From the IMG/VR virus record IMGVR_UViG_3300035698_012408: a stretch of DNA of 64,000 bases; one strand, written 5' to 3'. Numbering within the stretch: the first letter of the stretch is position 1; each line of letters opens with the position of its first letter. Source of the stretch: a virus. This document shows positions 35,032-43,021 of the stretch, in pieces. The notes beneath the pieces were generated by a model. It did not search any database, was not told the DNA's origin, and saw nothing but the letters and a program-made list of their open reading frames with translations. The translations under genes and the position numbers were made by a program.

Positions 35032-36420
35032 TTATTCCTCCGGGAAACCCAACATCTTGAAAGCGACAGCCTGAATGCCTGGAATCGGCCGCAGACTGTC
35101 AACATCGATCGGGATAGCCAAATCCGCCACGAAGAACTCACGATCTCGCAGCATAAATCTTAACGCTGCCTGCCGATCCACCGTTCTGGAATTTAGCACA
35201 TTGTTCGCGTCTGTTGCGTGCATGCCGGTATAGACAAATTCGTCACTGGCGATGTCGTGCTGGATCGCCAATATATGCCGCGTGGCATACAGCGAATCCA
35301 TCGAACAGTAACGAGCGATCATAGGCATACGTGCAGCCACGAAATCATCCATCGTGACCAACGGCTTGTCCGTGGACCCGAAGGCCCCAACGTCACGATG
35401 CGTCACATGATCGAAGTTATCCACGATCGGGCAATCCGCGATGGCGTACTTCTGATACACCACCTGCACGATCTTGGCACCAACTTTAACGACCACCGGC
35501 TTATGACTGTGATTGACCAGTCGGACAAACCACTCGCCGCGATAGTCGTCATCGATCACGCCAGCCAAGCGATGAACCTGCTTGATCGCACCCAGGCCGC
35601 CGCGGTCCCACAACAAGCCAACATACCCCTCGGGGATAGCCTGCTTGATGCCGGTGCGAAACAAGAACGAGTCACCGGGCTTAATGGTGATCATCCCGTT
35701 CGCCCCTAGCAAGTCCCACCCTGCCAGCGTCTCGTCGTCCCAGTCGCCATCATACAGGTTGGTGCAACCGCCCACGCAGCAGATGTCGTGACCTGCCGCT
35801 CCATCGCTTCCACGCACGGGTACCTGACCGTTCGGGTGCGTCAGCACCGTCGGTACGGTAATGTTGTAAGCTGCACTCATGCTTCCTGGTTGCTGCTCCA
35901 TCGGAGTCACGGCCAGTATCTGCCGCTCCTCGTCAGTCGCATCGTCATAGGCCGCAAGTGCCGCGTCCCACCGTTCCAATACGGCAGGCGGCTGCGTGGC
36001 CCGGTTAGCTTCAGTGACATAGATCCCTGTCTCCAGGTACGCCCACACGATATTCTCGTCCACACCAACACGCAGCATCGCTTGCGCTGTCTGCTGCCGG
36101 CCTGCTGGTGCTGCCGCCGCTTCGGTTGCCGCAGTGACCTCCGAGATCGTGGCACCTGCTACGTAAGGACGCTCCCTCGGACGCAGGTTTGCCGGGCGGT
36201 GGTGCGTCCTGGGCTTGGTCTTGCTCAGACAGCACTTCTTGAACTTCACGCCGCTACCACATGGACATGGGTCATTACGTCCAACACGGCTGTGTCTGCG
36301 AGCCTGTGATCCGATAACCTGCCCTGGCGGCAGTCGGGGGCCGGGGTTACCGGCCATTGCCGCCATCGTCGCCATTCTCATGACGTCGCGGCTGGTTCCT
36401 GGAGGGTTACGGGGGTCCAT
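35032..36420 (-). CDS. dut: dUTPase with an N-terminal SEC-C motif region and a C-terminal extension
   Basis: NDPCPCGSGVKFKKCC. dUTPase motifs GAAGHDI, GLLWDRGGLG, GVIDDDYRGEW, KIVQVV, GAFGSTDK. About 100 further residues follow. Confidence 0.85.
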   Translation of the reverse strand: MDPRNPPGTSRDVMRMATMAAMAGNPGPRLPPGQVIGSQARRHSRVGRNDPCPCGSGVKFKKCCLSKTKPRTHHRPANLRPRERPYVAGATISEVTAATEAAAAPAGRQQTAQAMLRVGVDENIVWAYLETGIYVTEANRATQPPAVLERWDAALAAYDDATDEERQILAVTPMEQQPGSMSAAYNITVPTVLTHPNGQVPVRGSDGAAGHDICCVGGCTNLYDGDWDDETLAGWDLLGANGMITIKPGDSFLFRTGIKQAIPEGYVGLLWDRGGLGAIKQVHRLAGVIDDDYRGEWFVRLVNHSHKPVVVKVGAKIVQVVYQKYAIADCPIVDNFDHVTHRDVGAFGSTDKPLVTMDDFVAARMPMIARYCSMDSLYATRHILAIQHDIASDEFVYTGMHATDANNVLNSRTVDRQAALRFMLRDREFFVADLAIPIDVDSLRPIPGIQAVAFKMLGFPEE

Positions 36421-37073
36421 GATATTTTCTTCTCCAAAAGGGTTTCAGCGAAATGGTGAAGTGAGCCGTACAACTGCGTATCAGACTCCAGCCCTGTGTC
36501 TTCGGGACTAATGGCCGCGAGCTGCATGCCCAACGACCGCCCGAACTCCAAGTTGTCAACCGTGTCAACGTGCCAGCTGTCTTTCATCTGCACGTTATAG
36601 ACCGGTTGGATCTCTTTGTACCACAAGCCCAGCTTCGGTTTCCGGCACTCGCAGCCAGCCTCCGGCTTGTGGAAGCAGACAGCTGACCATCCGGGGAAAG
36701 TCAACGGCCCAGCGACATCTGACCTACCATTATAAAAGTGATGCCAGAAATAACTCTCTCGCACCTTGGCCATCAATTCGTAATAGGCATCCTTCGTGAA
36801 CAAGCCACGACCGACGCCTGACTGGTTCGTGGCAATCACCACGACGTAACCTGCCCGTTGCAGCTCGTAAAGAGCCTCGGGCACACCGGGAAGCCATTCC
36901 CATTTATCGAATGACCCAACCTCGCCTCTGTCAGCGGTGTTGATCACTCCGTCGCGAGCCATCACGATAAGGCGTACGTAGGTATCAGGATCAAGTAGCT
37001 GGTTCCGCGTGCGGATCGAGCTGAATGACCCTTTCCCTCCCGTGGCCTGTTTTCTTCGCTTCTTGTTTCGCAT
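36378..37073 (-). CDS. HAD-superfamily GmhB/histidinol-phosphatase-like protein; nucleophile Asp replaced by Ala
   Basis: LIVMARDGVIN (compare FLDRDGxIN), VVIATNQSGVGRG, CFHKPEAGCECRKPKLG, VDTVDN. Confidence 0.7.
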   Translation of the reverse strand: MRNKKRRKQATGGKGSFSSIRTRNQLLDPDTYVRLIVMARDGVINTADRGEVGSFDKWEWLPGVPEALYELQRAGYVVVIATNQSGVGRGLFTKDAYYELMAKVRESYFWHHFYNGRSDVAGPLTFPGWSAVCFHKPEAGCECRKPKLGLWYKEIQPVYNVQMKDSWHVDTVDNLEFGRSLGMQLAAISPEDTGLESDTQLYGSLHHFAETLLEKKISWTPVTLQEPAATS

Positions 37074-37575
37074 AACGCTCCATCAATGTGTTTGCAATCT
37101 GAGATAGATCAAATTTCGTAAGAACCGGTGGTTCTAGTTGTTCGCTCGTATGCTTCGGGTACGCATTATATATCACAGAGCTGGCGTCCACGCCTAGCGT
37201 GTCACACGTCGTGCGGCCGCCATGCTTTTCGTCTGGTGGCTCGTACCCTTCAGGCATCTCCACCCATTCGCCGCCGTCAATCAGCTCTTCTAGGCCCTGT
37301 AATTCATCATGACTTAACGACTCACCATCTTCGTAACAATCATCCCACGACGCATAGTAACGTGGCGCGTAGTGAAAGTAAGTCACGCGATGGAATGAGG
37401 CTTCTTCAATAACCGCAAATGCTTCGGTAAGGCCAATCAGCTTCAGGAGCCACAACGTGTATTCTAACGTCATCGGTATGACAGTGTACGTGAAACCATC
37501 CAAATCACCTGACCCGCTCGTGTAGCCCACAATGTGCATCACTGGCTGGTCAGTTTTCTTCTTGTCCTCCGTCAT
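36991..37575 (-). CDS. hypothetical acidic protein
   Basis: 194-aa ORF. Confidence 0.6.
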   Translation of the reverse strand: MTEDKKKTDQPVMHIVGYTSGSGDLDGFTYTVIPMTLEYTLWLLKLIGLTEAFAVIEEASFHRVTYFHYAPRYYASWDDCYEDGESLSHDELQGLEELIDGGEWVEMPEGYEPPDEKHGGRTTCDTLGVDASSVIYNAYPKHTSEQLEPPVLTKFDLSQIANTLMERYAKQEAKKTGHGRERVIQLDPHAEPAT

Positions 37576-38160
37576 TTAATCACCTTCGTCGCATTCCTCC
37601 CTGTTGACGTACTCCACTCGAAACGTGCCCAGTTCGTTCGGTTCGTCGACCATCGACGCCCGCAACATGTCTGCGACCATATCACTGAGCCCGCGGCGTC
37701 TGGCGTTCGCCTCCATCTCTGGAGCCGATGACATTTCGACCGACCACCATATCGCCACGTCGTGGATGCCCCAGAACGAGAGCGGTACACGGGTGAAGCC
37801 TCCGATAAAGCGGAAGCCCATCTCCGTGATAGCCCACATCCCAGAACGATTTAACGGATTATTCGGATTCTCAGAAAACTGCCGAATGAATCCATAGTGC
37901 CTCAGCACGTTAAGCATCTTGTTGTAAGCCTGCCCGTCAGGTGCGAAGTCGCGGCAATGCACCTCGACCCCGACACCAGCAGCGGCCAGTCGTCGCAAGA
38001 TGGCAAAATGCCCGCTGACCAGCTTGTATCGCTTGACGCGATTATGAGCATGGCACACCGGACATACGCAGCCATCGCCACCCACCCGCTCACTCTCCAC
38101 AAAAGCGCAGAGCGTCGGGTAAGTGGTTTCATCAGTCGGAATCATGCGGGATGCTGGCAT
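37576..38160 (-). CDS. hypothetical protein with CxCPVC...H motif
   Basis: ORF 37576..38217. The ATG at 38160 is 1 nt after the thyX stop. Confidence 0.6.
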   Translation of the reverse strand: MPASRMIPTDETTYPTLCAFVESERVGGDGCVCPVCHAHNRVKRYKLVSGHFAILRRLAAAGVGVEVHCRDFAPDGQAYNKMLNVLRHYGFIRQFSENPNNPLNRSGMWAITEMGFRFIGGFTRVPLSFWGIHDVAIWWSVEMSSAPEMEANARRRGLSDMVADMLRASMVDEPNELGTFRVEYVNREECDEGD

Positions 38161-38161
38161 G

Positions 38162-39103
38162 TTACACTTTCTGGTACTTAGGAACCCAGAAGCCGTTCTC
38201 GTCTTCCTCGAAGTCACCGAAGATCATTGGCTCTTTCTCGGCCATGATCTTGATAACGCGAGAGAAGACGTGCAGGATCTCTTCCTCGGCCGACTCTGAA
38301 GTTCGCATGGCGATGACGTGACGTAACGCACGGAGGTTGCCGGTCCAGACGCCGCCAGTGGCGACACCCATCGGGACGATACGCCGCATCATGGACGTGA
38401 TCTGCTTCTTCCCGTGGAACTTCGAGTCCGGGGCAAGCTCTGCGGCCCAGAGGTCCATCAACAACGTATAATTTGCTTCAGTCTGCGCAAACGCTCGACT
38501 AAAGATCTCCCGTGAAAGCTGTTTTCGCTGGTCAAGTGTCAGCGACTCGACAGCGGGCGGCGAGTGAAATACAGAATCGGCCTCCGCATCCGCCTCACTC
38601 ATACCTTTACGTGCCAGCCCGAACTGTGAGGAAACACAGGTCACCTCTTCGCTAGTGTAGACGTCCTCGCCCTTCAGCGAGTCCGGCACCCAGTACGGGA
38701 TGTCGTCGAAGCGGATGTACCGCATGGAACCCTCGGAGATCGCCCAGCCGGCCCGGTGGCGGTTCATCTCGCCCGTGAAGACACGGGAGACGTTCTCGAA
38801 GCTGAACGTGTAGACGGCATGCTCCAGGACCGACCCGTGACCGCTGGCCAGGATGTTGTCCAGGTACGCAAGGTAATCCTTACGCACACGCGTAATGTTG
38901 GGGTTCAGTTTGGAATTCACCTCGAAAGCCTTGTAGCATCGCTTGGCCGCTAAGGCGATCAGCAATGCAGGGTTGGTCACTGCCCCGTCTTCGGGCATGT
39001 TGTGATCTTCGACTCCGATGAAGTCAAGCCACTTCTTCACTTCGTCCTTGTCTACTTCGCTTCTGGCGATGTTGAATACGCCAATTTCTACTGGTCCCGG
39101 CAT
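38162..39103 (-). CDS. thyX: flavin-dependent thymidylate synthase
   Basis: SGHGSVLEH and NRHRAGWAISEGSMRY (the RHR...S.RY ThyX signature). Start at ATG 39103 after the stop at 39115. Confidence 0.85.
   Translation of the reverse strand: MPGPVEIGVFNIARSEVDKDEVKKWLDFIGVEDHNMPEDGAVTNPALLIALAAKRCYKAFEVNSKLNPNITRVRKDYLAYLDNILASGHGSVLEHAVYTFSFENVSRVFTGEMNRHRAGWAISEGSMRYIRFDDIPYWVPDSLKGEDVYTSEEVTCVSSQFGLARKGMSEADAEADSVFHSPPAVESLTLDQRKQLSREIFSRAFAQTEANYTLLMDLWAAELAPDSKFHGKKQITSMMRRIVPMGVATGGVWTGNLRALRHVIAMRTSESAEEEILHVFSRVIKIMAEKEPMIFGDFEEDENGFWVPKYQKV
38173..38186 (+). repeat. GGTACTTAGGAACC motif copy (e)
   Basis: Inside the last codons of thyX (WVPKYQ), 13 nt upstream of the ATG at 38160. Confidence 0.8.
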
Positions 39104-39114
39104 TGTTTCCTCTG

Positions 39115-39717
39115 CTATCTCCGATTCCTCTGGCGGCAGTACCGCTCTTGCCAGCAGGCCCGCGCATCGGACCACCGGCGGAATCGACGTTTGAGTTTAT
39201 CCATTTCCTTAACATCATCACCCGAGTAACCGCCCCAGATGTCGAACCACGCGTATGAGAAATGACTACCCTTGGGTATCTCCCACTCGTGTATGTCTGA
39301 CTGGATGATCTCCAATCTCGGGTCAATCAGGTGCGGGCTGACGAGCTTAATCACGTCGGGTGAGATCTCCACGACCGTAACACGCTCAACAGCCTTTTCC
39401 ATCAGCACCCCGCGAGCCACGACCCCAAGGCCTAGACCCGCGATAAGCACATGCCCACCTTCTTTACTGCAATGCCGTATCGGGGCACTGTTCGTCTCGA
39501 TCTCTTCAGCCGTGTCAGACATGATGATCTCTTTGCCGTACATCAGCCGCGTGTAGTTGCCGGCCGGTACGAAACCAAAGCCCTTCATGGCAGCCCGTAG
39601 CTTCGTCCTATCCGACTCCTCCTCCGATACCGAAAACTTCTCGATCGTCCAATCGCCCGACTTCCCCTCAGGGATATGCGGGACTTGATACTTCAACCAC
39701 CAAGGGTCGCTGCTCAA
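39115..39717 (-). CDS. class I methyltransferase-fold protein, spermidine-synthase-like
   Basis: VLIAGLGLGVVARGVL, VTVVEISPDVI, DPRLEIIQSDI, FDIW. GLGLG stands where spermidine synthases have GGGDGG. Confidence 0.5.
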   Translation of the reverse strand: MSSDPWWLKYQVPHIPEGKSGDWTIEKFSVSEEESDRTKLRAAMKGFGFVPAGNYTRLMYGKEIIMSDTAEEIETNSAPIRHCSKEGGHVLIAGLGLGVVARGVLMEKAVERVTVVEISPDVIKLVSPHLIDPRLEIIQSDIHEWEIPKGSHFSYAWFDIWGGYSGDDVKEMDKLKRRFRRWSDARACWQERYCRQRNRR

Positions 39718-40571
39718 GTTTCTCTCCTTAATCGCTGTCGCTGCGCACAGGCTATGCAGGCCGTCGTTGGCTCTTCCGGGTCAAACAAGACCTCGGACTC
39801 TCCGCAGACGAGGCATGGCCCCTTCTCGTAAGTATGCTGGTGTGTTGCCGCACGGCAGGCCGCAACGCCGACAGCGCACTTGTGGCATTCATGCAACCAC
39901 CCATGCGGGCAATACTCGCCAACGCGTAGTCGCAAACGTAACACGTGCTTGCGATTCCACGCAATCATTGAAGTCGAGCATTTCACCTCATGAAACTCAG
40001 GAGATCCGTGGCTCTTAGCCGCCTCAATGCGACCATAGAACCGCAAGCCTAGTAATTGCATCGCGTGGCTGAAGGGGAACTTCCCATACGATCTGGAAAA
40101 TCCCACCTGTCTCGCCACGAACCTTATCACGTTAGGCCGCCAGAACACCCGTACCTTCAAAGGGCAAGATGACCCAGCCAACACGCGTATCGTGAACTCA
40201 GTTCCCGTCTTATGGTATTTGTTCTTCGTGAACACGCCACGAAGTACCTCAAGCGGCACCCACTCGTCACGCTGTTGTGACGCCCAAGGGAGCACCGAAT
40301 GACCAGCACGCAATCTCGCTATGTTACCCGATAGCCGCCAAGCCAATCTGTAGGCCTCGACATCGCTTAACGGATAACCCGCGAGGTACCGTACCGATTC
40401 GTACACTGCGTCATATCCAGCACCACTCGGCAAGCGCCGCTGAAGTGCTCGTGCTAACGCATCTACACGTGGTCCCTCCAGCGTCTCGCCGACAAACTGA
40501 TCAAGCACGGTGCTCATTAAAACCTCGCGACGCCTGAACACGTCTGACAGGTTATACCGTGTATTTGCCAT
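39714..40571 (-). CDS. hypothetical protein with a Cys/His-rich C-terminus
   Basis: 285-aa ORF. CPHGWLHECHKC...CLVCG...CIAC. Confidence 0.65.
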   Translation of the reverse strand: MANTRYNLSDVFRRREVLMSTVLDQFVGETLEGPRVDALARALQRRLPSGAGYDAVYESVRYLAGYPLSDVEAYRLAWRLSGNIARLRAGHSVLPWASQQRDEWVPLEVLRGVFTKNKYHKTGTEFTIRVLAGSSCPLKVRVFWRPNVIRFVARQVGFSRSYGKFPFSHAMQLLGLRFYGRIEAAKSHGSPEFHEVKCSTSMIAWNRKHVLRLRLRVGEYCPHGWLHECHKCAVGVAACRAATHQHTYEKGPCLVCGESEVLFDPEEPTTACIACAQRQRLRRET

Positions 40572-40717
40572 CAGCGTGTCTTCAACCCCAGGGGTCCAGC
40601 GTGCAGTGAGACGGCGTTATCCTTCTTGGGTTTTACCACCGCCGTTTTCTTCTTTGCAGCCTTCTTCTTGGCCGTCTTCTTGACCGCCTTCTTCTTTGCT
40701 GCCTTCTTTTTGGCCAT
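40571..40717 (-). CDS. 48-aa lysine-rich (histone H1-tail-like) protein, not in the ORF track
   Basis: My own translation: MAKKKAAKKKAVKKTAKKKAAKKKTAVVKPKKDNAVSLHAGPLGLKTR. The ATG at 40717 is preceded by GGAGGAGG with a 6-nt spacer. The stop forms TGATG with the next gene's ATG at 40571. Confidence 0.55.
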   Translation of the reverse strand: MAKKKAAKKKAVKKTAKKKAAKKKTAVVKPKKDNAVSLHAGPLGLKTR

Positions 40718-40820
40718 CAACAGCCTCCTCCGCAATACGAAATTCACCAGCGCCGCACGCCGAGCAGTAGCCTAAGACATTCCGCTCGACGTCGCACCGG
40801 TTACAAAGATAAATACTCAT
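40617..40820 (-). CDS. small zinc-ribbon protein
   Basis: CNRCD...CSACG. Its Glu/Gly/Lys tail is the alternate frame of the lysine-rich ORF. Confidence 0.5.
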   Translation of the reverse strand: MSIYLCNRCDVERNVLGYCSACGAGEFRIAEEAVDGQKEGSKEEGGQEDGQEEGCKEENGGGKTQEG

Positions 40821-40834
40821 TACGTCCCTGCCAT

Positions 40835-41248
40835 TTACGGAATCGGTGTGGTGGTCACAGGCTGCGACGGCGGCGGACTCACGGGCGGCTGCGGCGCAGC
40901 AGGAGGCACGGCCGGCAACCCGTCCACTGCTGCCAGCGCCTGATTACAGTGCTCTGCCGCGATGCCTGCGGTTGCGTGAATCTCGTGCCACGTACACGCG
41001 ATCTGCTGTCCGAGAAAGTTCACACCCTGTGATACCCGCTCCAGCAATTGTGCTTCCTCGAACATCGGAACCGGGATAGTCGTGCCGTCCTCGAACAGCA
41101 TCTGAAATCCGATGCCGCTGACATCCACGTCCTGCCCAGACGTCAACTGCTCGTGCAGCGCGCGGGCGTGTTCGTACGCTGTGGACTGCTTCGCCGCAGT
41201 CTCCAACAGTGCCACGATCTTGAATCGACAATCATTCAATTGGCTCAT
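40835..41248 (-). CDS. hypothetical protein
   Basis: The ATG at 41248 is preceded by AGGAG and follows the stop at 41266. Confidence 0.6.
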   Translation of the reverse strand: MSQLNDCRFKIVALLETAAKQSTAYEHARALHEQLTSGQDVDVSGIGFQMLFEDGTTIPVPMFEEAQLLERVSQGVNFLGQQIACTWHEIHATAGIAAEHCNQALAAVDGLPAVPPAAPQPPVSPPPSQPVTTTPIP

Positions 41249-41265
41249 TTGTCTGATACTCCTTG

Positions 41266-41700
41266 TTATTGTTTCCGTAATAAAACAGCGAAACCGACGT
41301 AATACTGCCACAGCCGTTCTTGCTGCGCTTCGTCAAATACATCATTGACGGGATAACCTGTTGCAATGTGCAACCGCTCAACGCGGCGATCCAAGCTACC
41401 GAAACACCCGCACGCCAGCTGGAGCATAAAGCCCAGGGCTAGGTCAGGTTGACACGGCAACAGATACGGGACCAGCGGCACAAACACCCGCGAGTCCCGT
41501 TTGGATATTCGCCAGTCAGGCGGCTCCGTAAATGAAATAGCCCCGTGCGGCACGTACCAATCCTCCCCCGCCTTCCGTTCGACGGTGTCGTACGGTACGA
41601 ACGCTAGACCGGGGCTCGTCTTACGCGAGTGGTGAAATAGTTCGCTCGCAGCTAGATCTACTCTGTTATAGGTAAGTTCCATCAGCTCACAATTCAACAA
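41266..41700 (-). CDS. hypothetical protein
   Basis: 144-aa ORF. Confidence 0.6.
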   Translation of the reverse strand: MLNCELMELTYNRVDLAASELFHHSRKTSPGLAFVPYDTVERKAGEDWYVPHGAISFTEPPDWRISKRDSRVFVPLVPYLLPCQPDLALGFMLQLACGCFGSLDRRVERLHIATGYPVNDVFDEAQQERLWQYYVGFAVLLRKQ

Positions 41701-42502
41701 TGCGTCGCGGCGGCATTACCGGCGGCGACTGGATAATAGCTGGCGTGCCAGTAGCTTCATGCAACGTGGCCGCTACGCCCGGATCAAAATCAGCGCCGCA
41801 CGGGGGCTGATCAAATCCACGGCGCGTGGCTGCCCCTTCTCGCCCTAGTGTGTCCGCGTTGACCCGCACACCTGTCTTGAAATTGCAGACCCTCGCGTCC
41901 TGCTGTCGCATCATCTCACCAAGCATGGTATCTCCACCTCGGTGATCCAGTGCCTTCCACGGATAACTCCAGCGATACAACCACTCGGTGCGGATGGTCC
42001 ACCAGCCGCCTGTGATAAACTTGATACGACCAAGGTTGACCGGCTGGCCGTTATACCACGGCTGGGCTTGCACCCACTCACGCTGCTGCCCCTGCCAGTC
42101 GATCGTGTAGACCGAGCCGAGCATGTCCGCGTTGACCATAGACTGCTCCACAAGGTGCAGCCAATAGTCCTTACCCGGTGCGCTGAGCTCATAACCGGTC
42201 AGGTACGAGTCATCATCAAACCACATGAAATACGGCGTCTCGACCGGCTTGATACCGTGGACCATCTGCCGCATCATCGGATACTTATGGATGTTCTCGC
42301 TGGATTCCCAGATGCAGTCATCCGGCACCCACGATTTCACCCAATCGGCTACGTCATCAGATACCTGATTGAGCCCTACCCGAAGATTCAAATGATCCTT
42401 GTCGACCGTGCTAGCAATCGACGTCAGGCACCGCTCCGCAAGTCTGGGGTTATCACCGTAAAGCAGCACCCCGATAGTGAATTTGTCCTGCATAGAAGGC
42501 AC
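41687..42502 (-). CDS. GT-A fold glycosyltransferase (GT2-like)
   Basis: FTIGVLLYGDNPRLAERCLTSI and MWFDDDSY (DxD). Confidence 0.55.
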   Translation of the reverse strand: MPSMQDKFTIGVLLYGDNPRLAERCLTSIASTVDKDHLNLRVGLNQVSDDVADWVKSWVPDDCIWESSENIHKYPMMRQMVHGIKPVETPYFMWFDDDSYLTGYELSAPGKDYWLHLVEQSMVNADMLGSVYTIDWQGQQREWVQAQPWYNGQPVNLGRIKFITGGWWTIRTEWLYRWSYPWKALDHRGGDTMLGEMMRQQDARVCNFKTGVRVNADTLGREGAATRRGFDQPPCGADFDPGVAATLHEATGTPAIIQSPPVMPPRRIVEL

Positions 42503-42504
42503 TC

Positions 42505-42996
42505 CTATTCTTCTTCGATCTGGTACACCTCAAGTACACGAACAGGCTCAGCAAGCTGATCAAATACCAGCTCCAACGCTGGATTGCTTACTTGCCCACC
42601 CAGAATCTGCCGCACGTGCATCAAGAAGGCGTCACGAGCACGCGGCGTCTTGAACACCATGCGAACAGACGGCAGCGCTGTGGGCTGCCCAACTATCTCC
42701 GCAGGTACCGTAGTCATGTTCCACTCGCCCTTCTGCAAGTACAGAACATGCGACAACACGCCGCCAGCAGAGTAACACAGAAATTCCGTGTTCTCCGTAA
42801 CCACTGGGCTGCGCCCGAAAAAATGCGGGATACCCGCCGGTACGGCCGCCATTGCTTGCACTTCCTCCAACGGTATGCGATGCAACGGGGCCCAGTGGTC
42901 TTTACTGCGGTCGTTCTGGTCATCACCCACCTTAGCCTCTAAAACGGCTACGGTGGGTTCAATGACAACGGGGTAATCTACTAATGTAAATACCAA
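42505..42996 (-). CDS. hypothetical protein
   Basis: 163-aa ORF. Confidence 0.6.
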   Translation of the reverse strand: MVFTLVDYPVVIEPTVAVLEAKVGDDQNDRSKDHWAPLHRIPLEEVQAMAAVPAGIPHFFGRSPVVTENTEFLCYSAGGVLSHVLYLQKGEWNMTTVPAEIVGQPTALPSVRMVFKTPRARDAFLMHVRQILGGQVSNPALELVFDQLAEPVRVLEVYQIEEE

Positions 42997-43021
42997 TTGA
43001 CTGTTTCCTAAAATAAGCTAC

